From the NCBI GenBank assembly GCA_963727775.1, contig CAVSHB010000003.1, positions 480,001-544,000 on the forward strand: 64,000 bases of DNA, read 5' to 3'. Positions 32,887 to 45,359 of the stretch are shown here, piece after piece. The stretch's first letter is position 1; every line of letters starts with the position of its first letter. The stretch comes from an uncultured Nitrospiraceae bacterium. Its GTDB lineage: Bacteria; Nitrospirota; Thermodesulfovibrionia; Thermodesulfovibrionales; SM23-35. A program made the translations under genes and the position numbers. The notes under the pieces were generated by a model that worked only from the letters and a program-made list of their open reading frames with translations, was not told the DNA's origin and did not search any database.

Positions 32887-33000
32887 ATGGAGCCCGGAAT
32901 TTTTTCGCGGAAGATAAGTTTCTTAAAGGCCGGTTGGTGGCTAATACATTTTTTAGGTATTGCTGCTGTATATACTCTCGGTCATCTCCTCTGGAAGTAA
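32887..33000 (+). CDS. 37-aa single-TM protein (not in ORF track)
   Basis: AAGGAG RBS 7 nt upstream; MEPGIFSRKISFLKAGWWLIHFLGIAAVYTLGHLLWK*; paralog of the next ORF. Confidence 0.8.
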   Translation: MEPGIFSRKISFLKAGWWLIHFLGIAAVYTLGHLLWK

Positions 33001-33001
33001 A

Positions 33002-33106
33002 ATGCTCAAATATTTTATGAGATATAAGCCGGGCTGGTGGATTCTGCATATTATCATGATAGGACTTACCTTCTACCTCGGGCATATAGCGAAATTTAAT
33101 TTTTAG
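33002..33106 (+). CDS. 34-aa single-TM protein (not in ORF track)
   Basis: MLKYFMRYKPGWWILHIIMIGLTFYLGHIAKFNF*; starts 1 nt after the paralog stop. Confidence 0.8.
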   Translation: MLKYFMRYKPGWWILHIIMIGLTFYLGHIAKFNF

Positions 33107-33114
33107 GGAGTAAG

Positions 33115-33516
33115 ATGACGAAAAAGACACTTTTAACCGCACTTTTTTTACTGGCCGTAGCCGGTCTGTTACTGCACTACAGGATTCATAATTTTATGGT
33201 CCCCGACAAATTAAACCCCGGTACGTATGTTTTTGACGGTACACGATTTCTTTCATTTATTTTTCCTTTAGTGGATGTTTTTCTGGTCACTTTGCTTTTT
33301 ACTTCGAGGAAGACCGCCGTCTATGGATATCTCCTGAACGGTATCCTGGTGATATACGGCACTGTATTTATGGCACATTTCAGCATTGCGGAGATATATG
33401 CAAAATCAATCCCGCCAAGTGCCTGGCTGCTGAAGTCGACTTTGCCCGATATAGGAATTGCCTGGGGAGATTTTTTTATCGGTAAGGCACTTTATGATCT
33501 TATTATAAAAGAATAG
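33115..33516 (+). CDS. Small polytopic membrane protein, unknown function
   Basis: 3-4 hydrophobic helices, His in LLHYRIH and FMAHF; GGAG RBS. Confidence 0.75.
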   Translation: MTKKTLLTALFLLAVAGLLLHYRIHNFMVPDKLNPGTYVFDGTRFLSFIFPLVDVFLVTLLFTSRKTAVYGYLLNGILVIYGTVFMAHFSIAEIYAKSIPPSAWLLKSTLPDIGIAWGDFFIGKALYDLIIKE

Positions 33517-33529
33517 AAAGCCAAATTTT

Positions 33530-33784
33530 ATGTCACAAGAGTTAAAGGAGATTGCAAAAAGATTTACCCCTGAACAGATAGAAGGGTGTATTACACAACA
33601 GATAGAGACCGGCGAGAATATATGCCTGACGGATGAGAATAGTGATAAGATTATCACCGAACTTTCAAAGGCCGGTGTCGTCAGAAGTTTGACGGAGGAG
33701 GGCATGAGTCTTGCCGATGCCTTGAGGGAGCTGGCAAGACGGATGAGACTTGTCCAGTCGGGTTTTAAGGAAATAGAGCAATGA
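33530..33784 (+). CDS. Hypothetical 84-aa protein with two Cys
   Basis: Co-oriented ORF that fits the operon spacing. Confidence 0.65.
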   Translation: MSQELKEIAKRFTPEQIEGCITQQIETGENICLTDENSDKIITELSKAGVVRSLTEEGMSLADALRELARRMRLVQSGFKEIEQ

Positions 33785-33855
33785 ATACAGGAGATTTTTA
33801 TTCTTGTCAATGGGCATTCGATTAATGGCATCTTTAATATTAAGGAGGAAAAATT

Positions 33856-34434
33856 ATGGCTTACGTAGCTAAGGACTATTCAAAACTGATCGGAATGGAG
33901 GGATTCAGTGAGACCCTTCTGAAGAACCACTTTACACTCTACCAGGGGTATGTGACAAATACCAATAAGGTATTGGATATTCTTGCCCAGATGCTTAAGG
34001 ATGATAAAGCGGGGACACCTGAATTTGCAGAGCTGAAAAGGAGGCTCGGTTGGGAATTCAACGGGATGAGACTTCACGAATACTATTTTGAGAACCTAGG
34101 GGGCAAGTCTCCACTCGATAAGGGAGCGCGCATGGCAAAGATGATGGTGAAAGATTTTGGAAGTTATGACGCATGGGAGAAGGACTTTAAGGCGACAGGC
34201 GCGATGAGGGGGATAGGCTGGGTAGTCCTCTATCAGGACGTTATGGATGGCAGGCTGATGAATTTCTGGATAAACGAACACGATGTGTCACATCCATCGG
34301 GGTGTAATCCGCTGTTGATTATGGATGTGTTTGAGCACGCATTCATGATTGATTATGGGCTTAAGAGGGCGGATTATGTCGGCGCATTTTTTAAAAACAT
34401 TAATTGGCGGGCAGTTGAGGCAAGGCTGAAATAA
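33856..34434 (+). CDS. Fe/Mn superoxide dismutase
   Basis: H..LYQGYV, LHEYYF and DVFEHAF; AAGGAGG RBS. Confidence 0.92.
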   Translation: MAYVAKDYSKLIGMEGFSETLLKNHFTLYQGYVTNTNKVLDILAQMLKDDKAGTPEFAELKRRLGWEFNGMRLHEYYFENLGGKSPLDKGARMAKMMVKDFGSYDAWEKDFKATGAMRGIGWVVLYQDVMDGRLMNFWINEHDVSHPSGCNPLLIMDVFEHAFMIDYGLKRADYVGAFFKNINWRAVEARLK

Positions 34435-34446
34435 AGGAGGCGAAAT

Positions 34447-34800
34447 ATGCCGGTAATCGAGACTGAAGGATTAAAGATCGAGGTGGATGAAGAAGGATAT
34501 CTTATTAATTTCGGTGACTGGAATGAAAAGGTTGCCTGTATTCTGGCAGACAAAGAAGGAATAAGCGAGAAATGCCCGCTTACAAAAGAAAAGTTGGAAA
34601 TATTAAAGTTCATGAGAGATTACTACCAAAAGTTCGAGGCTGTTCCAATACCTTGGGGAGTATGCCTGAGGGTCCACCAGCCGAAGGATTGTGCATATGA
34701 GGAGTTTCCGGACCCCACCATAGCCTGGAAAATTGCAGGACTACCGCAGCCGTCAAGGCATGTGATTTCGAGTCTGAAAGGATGGGGAGGTGTATCTTAA
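34447..34800 (+). CDS. TusE/DsrC-family protein lacking the C-terminal Cys
   Basis: VDEEGYL...DW.E.VA, FMRDYY and KIAGLP. Confidence 0.85.
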   Translation: MPVIETEGLKIEVDEEGYLINFGDWNEKVACILADKEGISEKCPLTKEKLEILKFMRDYYQKFEAVPIPWGVCLRVHQPKDCAYEEFPDPTIAWKIAGLPQPSRHVISSLKGWGGVS

Positions 34801-34838
34801 AATTTTGCAAATGTTCAAATAGATTGAGGTAATGTTAT

Positions 34839-35345
34839 ATGAAAGCATTAATTATCAGCGCGGATAATTTTAAAGATACTGAACTCCTCTATCCATATTA
34901 CCGATTAAAGGAGGAAGGAGTTCAGATAGATATTGCTTCCATTAAGAAAGACCCTATAAAAGGGATGCACGGTTACAGTGTGGAAATAAATAAAATCCTC
35001 AAGGAAATTAATCCCGATGATTATGATATCCTGATTCTCCCCGGCGGGAAAGCCCCGGAAACCGTGAGAAAAGATAAAGATGCCATTTCGATAGTTAAAG
35101 ATTTTTTCCTGAAGAATAAGCCTGTTTCGGCCATATGCCACGGACCTCAGACGCTGATAACCGCCGGGTTGCTCAAAGAAAGGCATGCGACTTGCTATCG
35201 GTCTGTAGCTCAGGAAATGAAAGAAGCAGGCGCTCTTTATGAAGATAAAGAGGTGATTGTTGACGGCAATCTCATTACATCAAGGCAGCCTTCCGATTTG
35301 CCTGTTTTCATGAAGGAGACGATAAAGACGATTAGAAAAAAGTAG
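34839..35345 (+). CDS. PfpI/DJ-1 family protein
   Basis: LPGG, AICHG and DGNLITSR.P.D. Confidence 0.92.
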   Translation: MKALIISADNFKDTELLYPYYRLKEEGVQIDIASIKKDPIKGMHGYSVEINKILKEINPDDYDILILPGGKAPETVRKDKDAISIVKDFFLKNKPVSAICHGPQTLITAGLLKERHATCYRSVAQEMKEAGALYEDKEVIVDGNLITSRQPSDLPVFMKETIKTIRKK

Positions 35346-35374
35346 CCGGGTTTATTATTAACCCTTTCTTTGTT

Positions 35375-37327
35375 ATGAATAGACTATCCACTGAGAAATC
35401 TCCCTACCTCAGGCATGCGGCCAACCAGAAGATTGAATGGTATCCATGGTGTGCTGAAGCATTCGAGACGGCGAAACAGAAGAATAAGCCCGTGTTTCTA
35501 AGCTCCGGCGCTGTTTGGTGCCATTGGTGCCATGTGATGGCAAAGGAGTGTTTTGAAAGCGAGGAGATAATAAAGTTCCTTAACGAACATTTTATAAATA
35601 TAAAACTCGACAGGGATGAAAGACCTGATATCGACAGGAGATACCAGCGGGCAGTATCCGTTATGGGGTTTGGTGGCGGCTGGCCCCTCAGCGTTTTCTT
35701 GACACCGGACAAGGAACCATTCTTTGGCGGTACATATTTCCCGCTTGAAGATAGTTTAGGCAGGCCCGGTTTTCAAAGGGTCTTAAAAGCTGTAACTGAT
35801 TTTTATATTTCGAAGAAAGAAGATATTTTTGAATACAGCCGTAAGATTATGGGTTCAATAAAACAGGGTCTTTTGCCGGATGAAGAAATAAAGGAATCTT
35901 TAATTGGAGAAGCGGTAACAGATATCCTTTCACATTTTGACCCGCAGAATGGCGGGTTCGGCGCTTCTCCCAAGTTCCCGGCGCCCGGAGCATTGGAACT
36001 GTTGACAAACAAATTTTTTTTTACAAAAAAAGAATCCATCGGATTCGCGGTAAAAAAGACGCTGGAGTCAATGGCAAAAGGCGGATTCCATGATCAAATC
36101 GGCGGCGGCTTTCACAGGTATTCTGTTGATGAAGCATGGAGCGTCCCGCATTTTGAGAAGATGGCGGATGATAACGCATGGCATTTAAGAAATTATATCA
36201 ACGCATATGCTGTCTTCGGGCTTGAATACTTCAAAGAGGTCGCTGAAGGCATAATCAATTTTATTGGTGATGTGTTTTCCGATCCCTTCGGCGGTTTTTA
36301 TTCAAGCCAGGATGCTGATGTTTCGCCTGATGATGAAGGAGGATATTTTACGTGGACAGATGCGGATTTTGAAAAGGTTTTAACTGACGAAGAATTCAGA
36401 GTTTTGTCACTTCACCTCCTCGGCGAGAAGGGCGCAATGCACCATGACAGATCAAAAAAAGTATTGTTTATTTCACTGGGCGCAGAAGAAATTGCAGAAA
36501 AGACAGGGATGAACAGACAGATAGTTTTGCAAATAATAAACCGGGGGAAGAAAAAGCTGCTGGAAGGAAGAAATAAAAGAGAAGCGCCTTTTATCGACAG
36601 GACATTATACACATCCGTGAATGGAATGCTGATTTCAGCCTATTTAAAGGCTTTCAGGGTCTTAAAGTATGGGGGTTTGAAAGCCTTTTCCCTTAAAAGT
36701 CTCAACAGAATAATGACAAGCCATTTTATCGATAATGAGCTTTTACATACTGAAGGTATAAAGGCGTTACTGGATGACTACATGAATTTAATTGACGCCT
36801 TGAGCGCTGCATATGAGGCAACCGGGGACTTGAAATATCTTCATCAGGCAGACAATTTCATGGAGGTATGCATCGACAAATTCTGGGATAACACCGGAGG
36901 AGGTTTTTTTGATACGGACGGAGAAGTGCTTGGAATAAGGTTTAAGAACATTGAAGACATTCCGCACCCGTCGGCAAATTCACTCGGCATTATGCTTTTA
37001 CTGAAACTCCATTTCATGACCGGAAAGGAAAAATATCATGATTGCGCAGAGAAGGCATTAAAGGTTTTTTCATCTACCGCAAAAGACATGGGTATTCATT
37101 CAGGATATTATTTTTGCGCGGCGGACGCATATTTTAATATGGTTCAACTCACATGCCAAACTTCTCCTTCAAGCGGTCTTGCTGAAACTGCCCTGTCATT
37201 ATTTCGTCCTTACGTGAGTATTATTTATGGAGAAGACAAAGGCATTGTGATTCCATGTATGAAGGATGTATGCTATGCCCCCATTAATAGCCCTGGCGAA
37301 TTGGAGGATTTTCTGCGTACTCATTAG
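35375..37327 (+). CDS. Thioredoxin-domain YyaL/SPATA20-like protein
   Basis: NRL..EKSPYL, CHWCHVM, GGWPL and GGGFHRYSVD..W.VPHFEKM. Confidence 0.92.
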   Translation: MNRLSTEKSPYLRHAANQKIEWYPWCAEAFETAKQKNKPVFLSSGAVWCHWCHVMAKECFESEEIIKFLNEHFINIKLDRDERPDIDRRYQRAVSVMGFGGGWPLSVFLTPDKEPFFGGTYFPLEDSLGRPGFQRVLKAVTDFYISKKEDIFEYSRKIMGSIKQGLLPDEEIKESLIGEAVTDILSHFDPQNGGFGASPKFPAPGALELLTNKFFFTKKESIGFAVKKTLESMAKGGFHDQIGGGFHRYSVDEAWSVPHFEKMADDNAWHLRNYINAYAVFGLEYFKEVAEGIINFIGDVFSDPFGGFYSSQDADVSPDDEGGYFTWTDADFEKVLTDEEFRVLSLHLLGEKGAMHHDRSKKVLFISLGAEEIAEKTGMNRQIVLQIINRGKKKLLEGRNKREAPFIDRTLYTSVNGMLISAYLKAFRVLKYGGLKAFSLKSLNRIMTSHFIDNELLHTEGIKALLDDYMNLIDALSAAYEATGDLKYLHQADNFMEVCIDKFWDNTGGGFFDTDGEVLGIRFKNIEDIPHPSANSLGIMLLLKLHFMTGKEKYHDCAEKALKVFSSTAKDMGIHSGYYFCAADAYFNMVQLTCQTSPSSGLAETALSLFRPYVSIIYGEDKGIVIPCMKDVCYAPINSPGELEDFLRTH

Positions 37328-37614
37328 AAGAAAAGTTTACCCTTAATATCTTCTCTCGAATTTCTCGCCTTCGCAGACTTCCCTTATCTGGTCCTTAATG
37401 AGGTTCCCGTCTTCATAAAACCTCCTGCAAAGTTGTTTTTATTTTTTTTGAGGCATCAGCTTACAAGGCAAGCCATAAGCAAAAATCAGTAATGAATATC
37501 TTCATATATTTTTGTCAAAAATATCAATAACCCGACACCGAAAAACGGATTATAACTATCTATGACAAAGGCGGGATTGGTGGTATTATTAAATATGTTA
37601 ACATTAATAGCCTT

Positions 37615-39187
<1,573 letters not shown>

Positions 39188-39226
39188 GACCCGTGTATAT
39201 TGTTGCTCTTGAATCTGCGTAATAAT

Positions 39227-40264
39227 ATGACCATTCGTGAACAGACAGAAGAAATAGAGCGAAAAATCCTTCATCCGAAGGCATGCCTGAGTTCGGAGAG
39301 TAAAGGCAGATTAAGGCCGGAAAAAGAAGGTGAGATAAGGACATGCTTCCAGAGGGACAGGGACAGGATTATCCATTCAAAGGCATTTAGGAGGCTGAAA
39401 CACAAAACCCAGGTTTTCTTTGCGCCAAAAGGGGACCATTACAGGACACGTCTTACCCATGTGCTTGAGGTGGCGCAAATTGCGAGGACTATAGCAAGGG
39501 CTTTGAGGCTGAATGAAGACCTAACAGAAGCCATAGCTTTGGGGCATGACTTAGGTCATACTCCTTTCGGCCATGCAGGCGAGGCTATCCTGAGAGAGAT
39601 ACACCCGGGAGGATTTGATCATTATAAGCAGAGTCTCAGAGTCATTGATATCCTTGAAAAAGGCGGTAAAGGATTAAACCTTACTCATGAGGTAAGGGAT
39701 GGGGTGTTTAAACATTCGAAAGGCAAGGGCAGAATAATACCGGAGGCGAAGGCCGACAGGGCAGGCACACTTGAGGGTCAGGTAGTTCGTGTCTCGGACA
39801 TCATTGCCTACGTTAACCATGATCTTGATGACGCACTGAGGGCCGGCGTGATCAAAAAGACGGACATTCCTAAAAAGATTCTTAAAATCCTGGGTGAGAC
39901 CCATTCAAAAAGGATAGACAGAATGGTAAAAGACCTTATATATACCTCTGTCAATTCAGAACTTGAAGGTCTTTCTATGGGGGATGATATATCATACGCA
40001 ACTTATATGCTCAGGGATTTCCTCTTTGAATGTGTGTATGAAAGCGAAAAGATATTAAAAGAATTTAAAAAGGCCAAAAAAATCCTTCACGATTTATATT
40101 CTTATTACCTCGAACATCTGGAAGAAGTGTTTATCGAAATACCTGAAGAAGAAGAATTCAATAAGCATCGTAAAGTCTGTGACTTCATCGCCGGAATGAC
40201 AGACAGTTTTGCCCTTATGACATATGAGATGCTTTTCCTGCCGCAGCAGTGGACCGTCTTTTAA
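39227..40264 (+). CDS. dgt: dGTP triphosphohydrolase (HD family)
   Basis: [24 protein letters not shown] and AGMTD. Confidence 0.92.
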   Translation: MTIREQTEEIERKILHPKACLSSESKGRLRPEKEGEIRTCFQRDRDRIIHSKAFRRLKHKTQVFFAPKGDHYRTRLTHVLEVAQIARTIARALRLNEDLTEAIALGHDLGHTPFGHAGEAILREIHPGGFDHYKQSLRVIDILEKGGKGLNLTHEVRDGVFKHSKGKGRIIPEAKADRAGTLEGQVVRVSDIIAYVNHDLDDALRAGVIKKTDIPKKILKILGETHSKRIDRMVKDLIYTSVNSELEGLSMGDDISYATYMLRDFLFECVYESEKILKEFKKAKKILHDLYSYYLEHLEEVFIEIPEEEEFNKHRKVCDFIAGMTDSFALMTYEMLFLPQQWTVF

Positions 40265-40391
40265 ACATCATGATATTATAATCCTATGCTTTAATTTCGA
40301 TCGGAAAAAATTGCACAATTTAAGCAATTTAAGCATAATTTAAGCGAGGAATTATTAATAAAATGTCGTAAATGTATGATAATATAAAGCG

Positions 40392-41003
40392 ATGATGGAG
40401 TTCGGTTCCAAACTTAGAAGACTTATGAAATCGAGGGGCATAAAAGCCATAACACTTGCTCAGAGAATGGGCGTTAGTTGTGCTTACGTTAGTCAGTTGA
40501 TAACCGGAATAAGAAGACCTGGACGAGAAACTTTATTGAAATTATCGAAAGCTTTAGAAGTTCCAGTTGAGACTCTCCTGATGATTGAGTCGGGTGTTTC
40601 TGAAAAGATGCTAATATCGAGGAAGATCCCGGTTTTAGATGAGTCCAAAATTGACGCATGGGTAGAAAGTATAGATTTAGATTATCCCGCGTTGGTAGCT
40701 AACACTTTCGAATATGCTACTACAGACGACCCCAATGCGTTTTATGTAACACCCAAAGGCTTACTATCTTGTTGTGGATTGGAGACATGTGATCTCATTC
40801 TGGTTGAGCCGAATAAAAAAGTTAATGGTGGCGACACGGTTTTAGTCCATCTGCATGAAGGATTTTCAATAAGGAAGATTATTTTTAAAGATACAATGAT
40901 TATTCTGATGGACGAAAAACAGGAACCGATTATTTCAGCAAAAGAAAATGTCAGCGAGGCCCTTAAATTTTTCAGGGTCAGCCAGTGCCTTAAACGACTG
41001 TAA
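40392..41003 (+). CDS. XRE HTH regulator with a degenerate S24-like C-terminal domain
   Basis: LA..MGVS..YVSQL..G.R.P HTH; IPVL, NAFYV, DLILVEP and GDTV as in LexA/CI C-domains. Confidence 0.8.
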   Translation: MMEFGSKLRRLMKSRGIKAITLAQRMGVSCAYVSQLITGIRRPGRETLLKLSKALEVPVETLLMIESGVSEKMLISRKIPVLDESKIDAWVESIDLDYPALVANTFEYATTDDPNAFYVTPKGLLSCCGLETCDLILVEPNKKVNGGDTVLVHLHEGFSIRKIIFKDTMIILMDEKQEPIISAKENVSEALKFFRVSQCLKRL

Positions 41004-41116
41004 AATTCCCCTCATTTTTTTCTTCAAATTAATTCTTATAGGTACAATAAATTTTTCTAATTAGCGCCCGCTTATTTTTTGTTGCCAACCTAAATTAGCC
41101 TTTGCTAATATATTTA

Positions 41117-41250
41117 GAGCTGCCAAAGGACAATTTGCACAAAGAAACAGAGCGCGTGCTGTTTTAACATAAAATTCGGGCTCCCCCCTTATTAGTGTCG
41201 GAAGTTTCACTTCTGCCACTAACTTTTTGTTGCAGGTTTTTTTAAACAGC
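41117..41250 (+). ncRNA. Candidate structured small RNA
   Basis: TTGCCA-18-TAATAT (TG-extended) promoter upstream; nested stems; T7 run. Confidence 0.3.
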
Positions 41251-41328
41251 AGAGAAAAGAGGTTACGTTCTCAATTAAAGATATTACAGGATTCAGTGCC
41301 TGAAGGCTGTTTTGATTTGTACAAGTGA

Positions 41329-43737
41329 TTAATCCTTCTCGGCGACCTTTCCGATACTTACGATCTTGTCGTCACCTTCTACATCCATGAGCTTTACTCC
41401 CTGCGTGTTCCTTCCGTGGAGGGAGATATTGCCTGCGAGTGTCCTTATGAGTTTTCCGGAACTGGTTATCATGACGACCTCATCCTCATCTCTTACCTGC
41501 ATGAGTCCGACAGCCTTACCGCCCTTCTCTGTTATCTTTATCGAAATGACGCCTTTACCTCCACGGCCCTGAACAGGGTAATCCGATATGTTCGAGCGTT
41601 TTCCGAGGCCTTTCTCCGTAACTGTAAGGAGGACGGTCCTTTCCTCTGCCACCTCGGCAGAGACCATTTCGTCTCCTTTCATAAGCCGGATGCCTCTGAC
41701 TCCCATTGCGGTCCGCCCCGTCTCACGCACTTCTTCCTCATTGAATCTTATGGAAAGGCCATTTCTTGTGCCGATAATAAGATCGCTTTTGCCACCGGTC
41801 TTTTTCACGGCGATGAGTTCATCGCCTTCTTCGAGAGTTATGGCGATGATACCTTTGCCCCGGGGATTGCTGTATTTTTCTAAAGCGGTCTTTTTGACCG
41901 TGCCGTTTTTTGTAAACACTACGAGATAGCCGTCCTTGAAATCACGGACAGGCAGTGCCGTCGTGATCCTTTCCCCTTCCGTGAGAGCCAGCACATTTAC
42001 CAAGGCCTTGCCCTTAGCAGCCCTGCCGGCCTCCGGTATCTGGTAAATCTTCAGCCAATAGAGCCGGCCGAGATTGGAAAAGAAAAGCATGTAATCATGA
42101 GTAGCGCCTATGAATAGTTCCCTTACAAAATCCTCTTCTTTCGTTTCCATTCCAATAGAACCTTTGCCGCCTCGGCGCTGGCTCCTGTATGCACTCAAGG
42201 GGTTTCTTTTTATATATCCCTGATGGGACAATGTGATGACCATCTCTTCGTCCGTAATCAGGTCTTCGATAGTTATCTCCTTAGTCTCCGCAGTGATCTC
42301 GGTTTTTCTATCGTCCGCATACTTGTTCCTGATCTCAAGGAGTTCATCTTTAATGATCTGTGAAACAAGAGCATCGTTTTCGAGTATCGCCCGTAGCCTT
42401 TCTATCTCTTTTAACGTCTCCGAATATTCCCGCACGATCTTTTCCCTCTCCAGCCCGGTCAGTCTCTGGAGTCTCATATCCAGGATCGCTTGCGCCTGTA
42501 TTTCCGACAACGGATACCCGCTCATTAAGCCTACCCTCGCCTCTTCAGGGTTTCTTGATCTTCTAATGAGTGCTATTATTTCGTCGAGATAATCGAGTGC
42601 GATCTTCAAACCTTCCAGAATATGCGCACGCTCTTCGGCCTTTTTTAGTTCAAAGCGGGTCCTCCTGAGGACCACATCCCTTCTGTGCTGCAAAAAGTAT
42701 TTCAGGAGCTCTTTGAGCTTCAATACACGGGGCTGGCCGTTTACGAGGGCGAGCATAATGATCCCGAAGGTCGTTTCCATCTGAGTGTGTTTATAGAGGT
42801 TGTTCAGGATGACCTGTGCAATCTCACCTCTCTTGAGTTCCACTACAACCCTGATACCGTCCCTGTCCGATTCATCTCTCAGCTCGGATATGCCTTCAAT
42901 AGTCTTTTCCCTCACGAGCTCCGCAATGTTCTTGATAAGCCGCGCTTTGTTCACTTGATAAGGCAGTTCGGTGATGATTATATTCTCGCCGCCCCTGTAC
43001 TCACGCTCTATCCTCGCCTTTGCCCTGACTTTAATAAGACCCTTCCCTTCGTTGTAAGCTTGAACAATGCCGTCAGTGCCGTGGATGATACCGCCCGTAG
43101 GAAAATCAGGGCCTTTTATCAGGGACATCAGATCATTCAATGTGGTATTGGGGTTGTCAACCAGGAGCACAAGCCCGTCGATTATCTCTCCGAGATTATG
43201 TGGCGGAACATTGGTGGCCATGCCGACAGCAATTCCCGATGAGCCGTTTATGATGAGGTTCGGGACCCTCGAAGGAAGGACCAAAGGTTCCTCTGTTGTC
43301 TCATCAAAATTCGGGGTAAAGTCGACGGTGTTCTTATCTATGTCAGCGAGCAGTTCCTCCGCAATCGCTGCGAGCTTTGCTTCAGTGTACCTGTAGGCAG
43401 CGGCGGGGTCTCCGTCAACAGATCCGAAGTTGCCCTGGCCGTCGACGAGCGGATAACGCATATTGAAATCCTGGGCAAGCCTGACGAGCGCATCATAAAC
43501 CGCCGAATCACCATGGGGGTGATATTTTTTTAAAACCTCACCAACGACACCAGCAGATTTGGAATATTTCTTATTGGGGAGAAGGCCCTCCCTGAACATC
43601 GCATATAAAATTCTTCTCTGAACTGGTTTAAGACCATCTCTTACCTCAGGGAGTGCCCTGCCGATGATTACGCTCATTGCGTAATCAAGATAGGAGCCCT
43701 TCATTTCTTCTTCTATACTTACCGGTACTTTTGCCAT
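41329..43737 (-). CDS. gyrA: DNA gyrase subunit A
   Basis: [14 protein letters not shown] and GyrA box QRRGGKG. Confidence 0.97.
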   Translation of the reverse strand: MAKVPVSIEEEMKGSYLDYAMSVIIGRALPEVRDGLKPVQRRILYAMFREGLLPNKKYSKSAGVVGEVLKKYHPHGDSAVYDALVRLAQDFNMRYPLVDGQGNFGSVDGDPAAAYRYTEAKLAAIAEELLADIDKNTVDFTPNFDETTEEPLVLPSRVPNLIINGSSGIAVGMATNVPPHNLGEIIDGLVLLVDNPNTTLNDLMSLIKGPDFPTGGIIHGTDGIVQAYNEGKGLIKVRAKARIEREYRGGENIIITELPYQVNKARLIKNIAELVREKTIEGISELRDESDRDGIRVVVELKRGEIAQVILNNLYKHTQMETTFGIIMLALVNGQPRVLKLKELLKYFLQHRRDVVLRRTRFELKKAEERAHILEGLKIALDYLDEIIALIRRSRNPEEARVGLMSGYPLSEIQAQAILDMRLQRLTGLEREKIVREYSETLKEIERLRAILENDALVSQIIKDELLEIRNKYADDRKTEITAETKEITIEDLITDEEMVITLSHQGYIKRNPLSAYRSQRRGGKGSIGMETKEEDFVRELFIGATHDYMLFFSNLGRLYWLKIYQIPEAGRAAKGKALVNVLALTEGERITTALPVRDFKDGYLVVFTKNGTVKKTALEKYSNPRGKGIIAITLEEGDELIAVKKTGGKSDLIIGTRNGLSIRFNEEEVRETGRTAMGVRGIRLMKGDEMVSAEVAEERTVLLTVTEKGLGKRSNISDYPVQGRGGKGVISIKITEKGGKAVGLMQVRDEDEVVMITSSGKLIRTLAGNISLHGRNTQGVKLMDVEGDDKIVSIGKVAEKD

Positions 43738-43816
43738 CAAATCTCCTTATAAAAAGAAAAACACTGTATATTTTACCATATTGCTTTTTCGAGCGGTTAA
43801 AAATATAATTAAGCTT

Positions 43817-45352
43817 ATGCTATCGAAAGCCCTCAGCGCAAGTATCATAGGTATTGAAGCTCATCCTGTCGATGTTGAAGTGGACATAACTTCCAGGGGC
43901 CTTCCCCATTTCTCAATGGTAGGGCTGCCTGACGCAGCTGTCAAAGAGTCCAGAGACAGGGTCAGGGCGGCCCTCAAGAATATTGGTTTTCACTTCCCAT
44001 TGAAACAAATTACAGTCAATCTCGCGCCGGGTGACCTGAAGAAAGAGGGCTCTTCCTTTGATCTCCCGATCGCAATCGGAATCGTAGCGGCTGAGGGAGT
44101 GATAGAAGCGGAGCTGATTGACGGATATTTATTCACTGGAGAGCTTTCTTTGGACGGGGGGATAAAGAATATAAGGGGCGCTCTGTCGATGGCGATGAAA
44201 ACGAGAGAGTTGGGGTTAAAGGGGATTATTCTTCCGGAGGAGAACGCGCCTGAGGCCGCTGTAGTCAAAGGAGTGGCCGTCTTTGGCTTGAAGAGTCTTC
44301 CAGAGGTAATAGATTTTTTGAAAGAGCCGAAACTCTTTAAACCTTTTGATATAGATGTCCATAATGCAATGAAAGAAAACTCCATTTATGAGGACGACTT
44401 TGTTGATGTCAAAGGCCAGGAGCACGCAAAGAGAGCCTTTGAGGTTGCAGCTGCCGGGGGGCACAACATACTGATGATCGGCCCTCCCGGGTCCGGTAAA
44501 ACTATGCTTGCCAGAAGGCTTCCGACAGTCCTTCCGGGGATGACCTTTGACGAGGCATTAGAGACAACAAGGATACACAGCGTTGCCGGGTTGCTCAAAT
44601 ACGGCCAATCTTTGCTTGCAGTGAGGGCTTTCCGCTGCCCGCATCATACAATCTCGGACGTGGCGCTCATAGGGGGAGGCCAGTTTCCGAAGCCCGGAGA
44701 GGTCAGTCTTGCTCATAACGGGGTCCTTTTCTTAGACGAGCTGCCGGAATTCAAGAGAAACGTCCTCGAGGTCTTAAGGCAGCCGCTCGAAAACGGTGAG
44801 GTGACAGTGTCGAGGGCAATCGCATCGATAACTTATCCCGCATCGTTCATGCTTGTGAGCGCTATGAACCCCTGTCCATGCGGATATTTTGGGGACATCC
44901 GCCATCAGTGCACGTGCAGCCCGGGACAAATACATCGGTACAGGCATAGGGTTTCAGGTCCGTTACTCGATAGAATTGATATTCATATAGAAGTGCCGTC
45001 GGTGCCGTATAAGGAATTATCGAATGAATACTCAGGCGAAAAATCAGAGGACATAAGGCAAAGAGTAGTCGCTGCGCGGGATATCCAGCTTGAACGTTTC
45101 AAGAATGACAGACGGGTCTATTCGAACGGGCAGATGAAGCCGAGGCATCTCAAGAAGTACTGTAATCCCAGCCCGGATGCACAAGCACTCCTGGACACGG
45201 CAATGCAAAAACTGGGACTTTCGGCCAGGGCCTATACGAGGATATTGAAATTGTCCAGAACTATCGCAGACCTCGAAGCCTCTGAAGATATCCTACCTCA
45301 CCATGTCTCTGAAGCAATACAGTACAGGACACTCGACAGAGGGGTGTTTTAA
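43817..45352 (+). CDS. comM: YifB/ComM Mg-chelatase-like AAA+ ATPase
   Basis: VGLPD..VKESR.RV, GPPGSGKT, PGEVSLAH and NPCPCG; intact. Confidence 0.92.
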   Translation: MLSKALSASIIGIEAHPVDVEVDITSRGLPHFSMVGLPDAAVKESRDRVRAALKNIGFHFPLKQITVNLAPGDLKKEGSSFDLPIAIGIVAAEGVIEAELIDGYLFTGELSLDGGIKNIRGALSMAMKTRELGLKGIILPEENAPEAAVVKGVAVFGLKSLPEVIDFLKEPKLFKPFDIDVHNAMKENSIYEDDFVDVKGQEHAKRAFEVAAAGGHNILMIGPPGSGKTMLARRLPTVLPGMTFDEALETTRIHSVAGLLKYGQSLLAVRAFRCPHHTISDVALIGGGQFPKPGEVSLAHNGVLFLDELPEFKRNVLEVLRQPLENGEVTVSRAIASITYPASFMLVSAMNPCPCGYFGDIRHQCTCSPGQIHRYRHRVSGPLLDRIDIHIEVPSVPYKELSNEYSGEKSEDIRQRVVAARDIQLERFKNDRRVYSNGQMKPRHLKKYCNPSPDAQALLDTAMQKLGLSARAYTRILKLSRTIADLEASEDILPHHVSEAIQYRTLDRGVF

Positions 45353-45359
45353 TAATACA

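Noticed and set aside
37324..37422. Minus-strand AGGAGG + ATG micro-ORF (MKTGTSLRTR*)
   Set aside because: Only 10 codons before a stop; no independent support
43817..45352. comM interrupted by an island
   Set aside because: ORF is full length and uninterrupted
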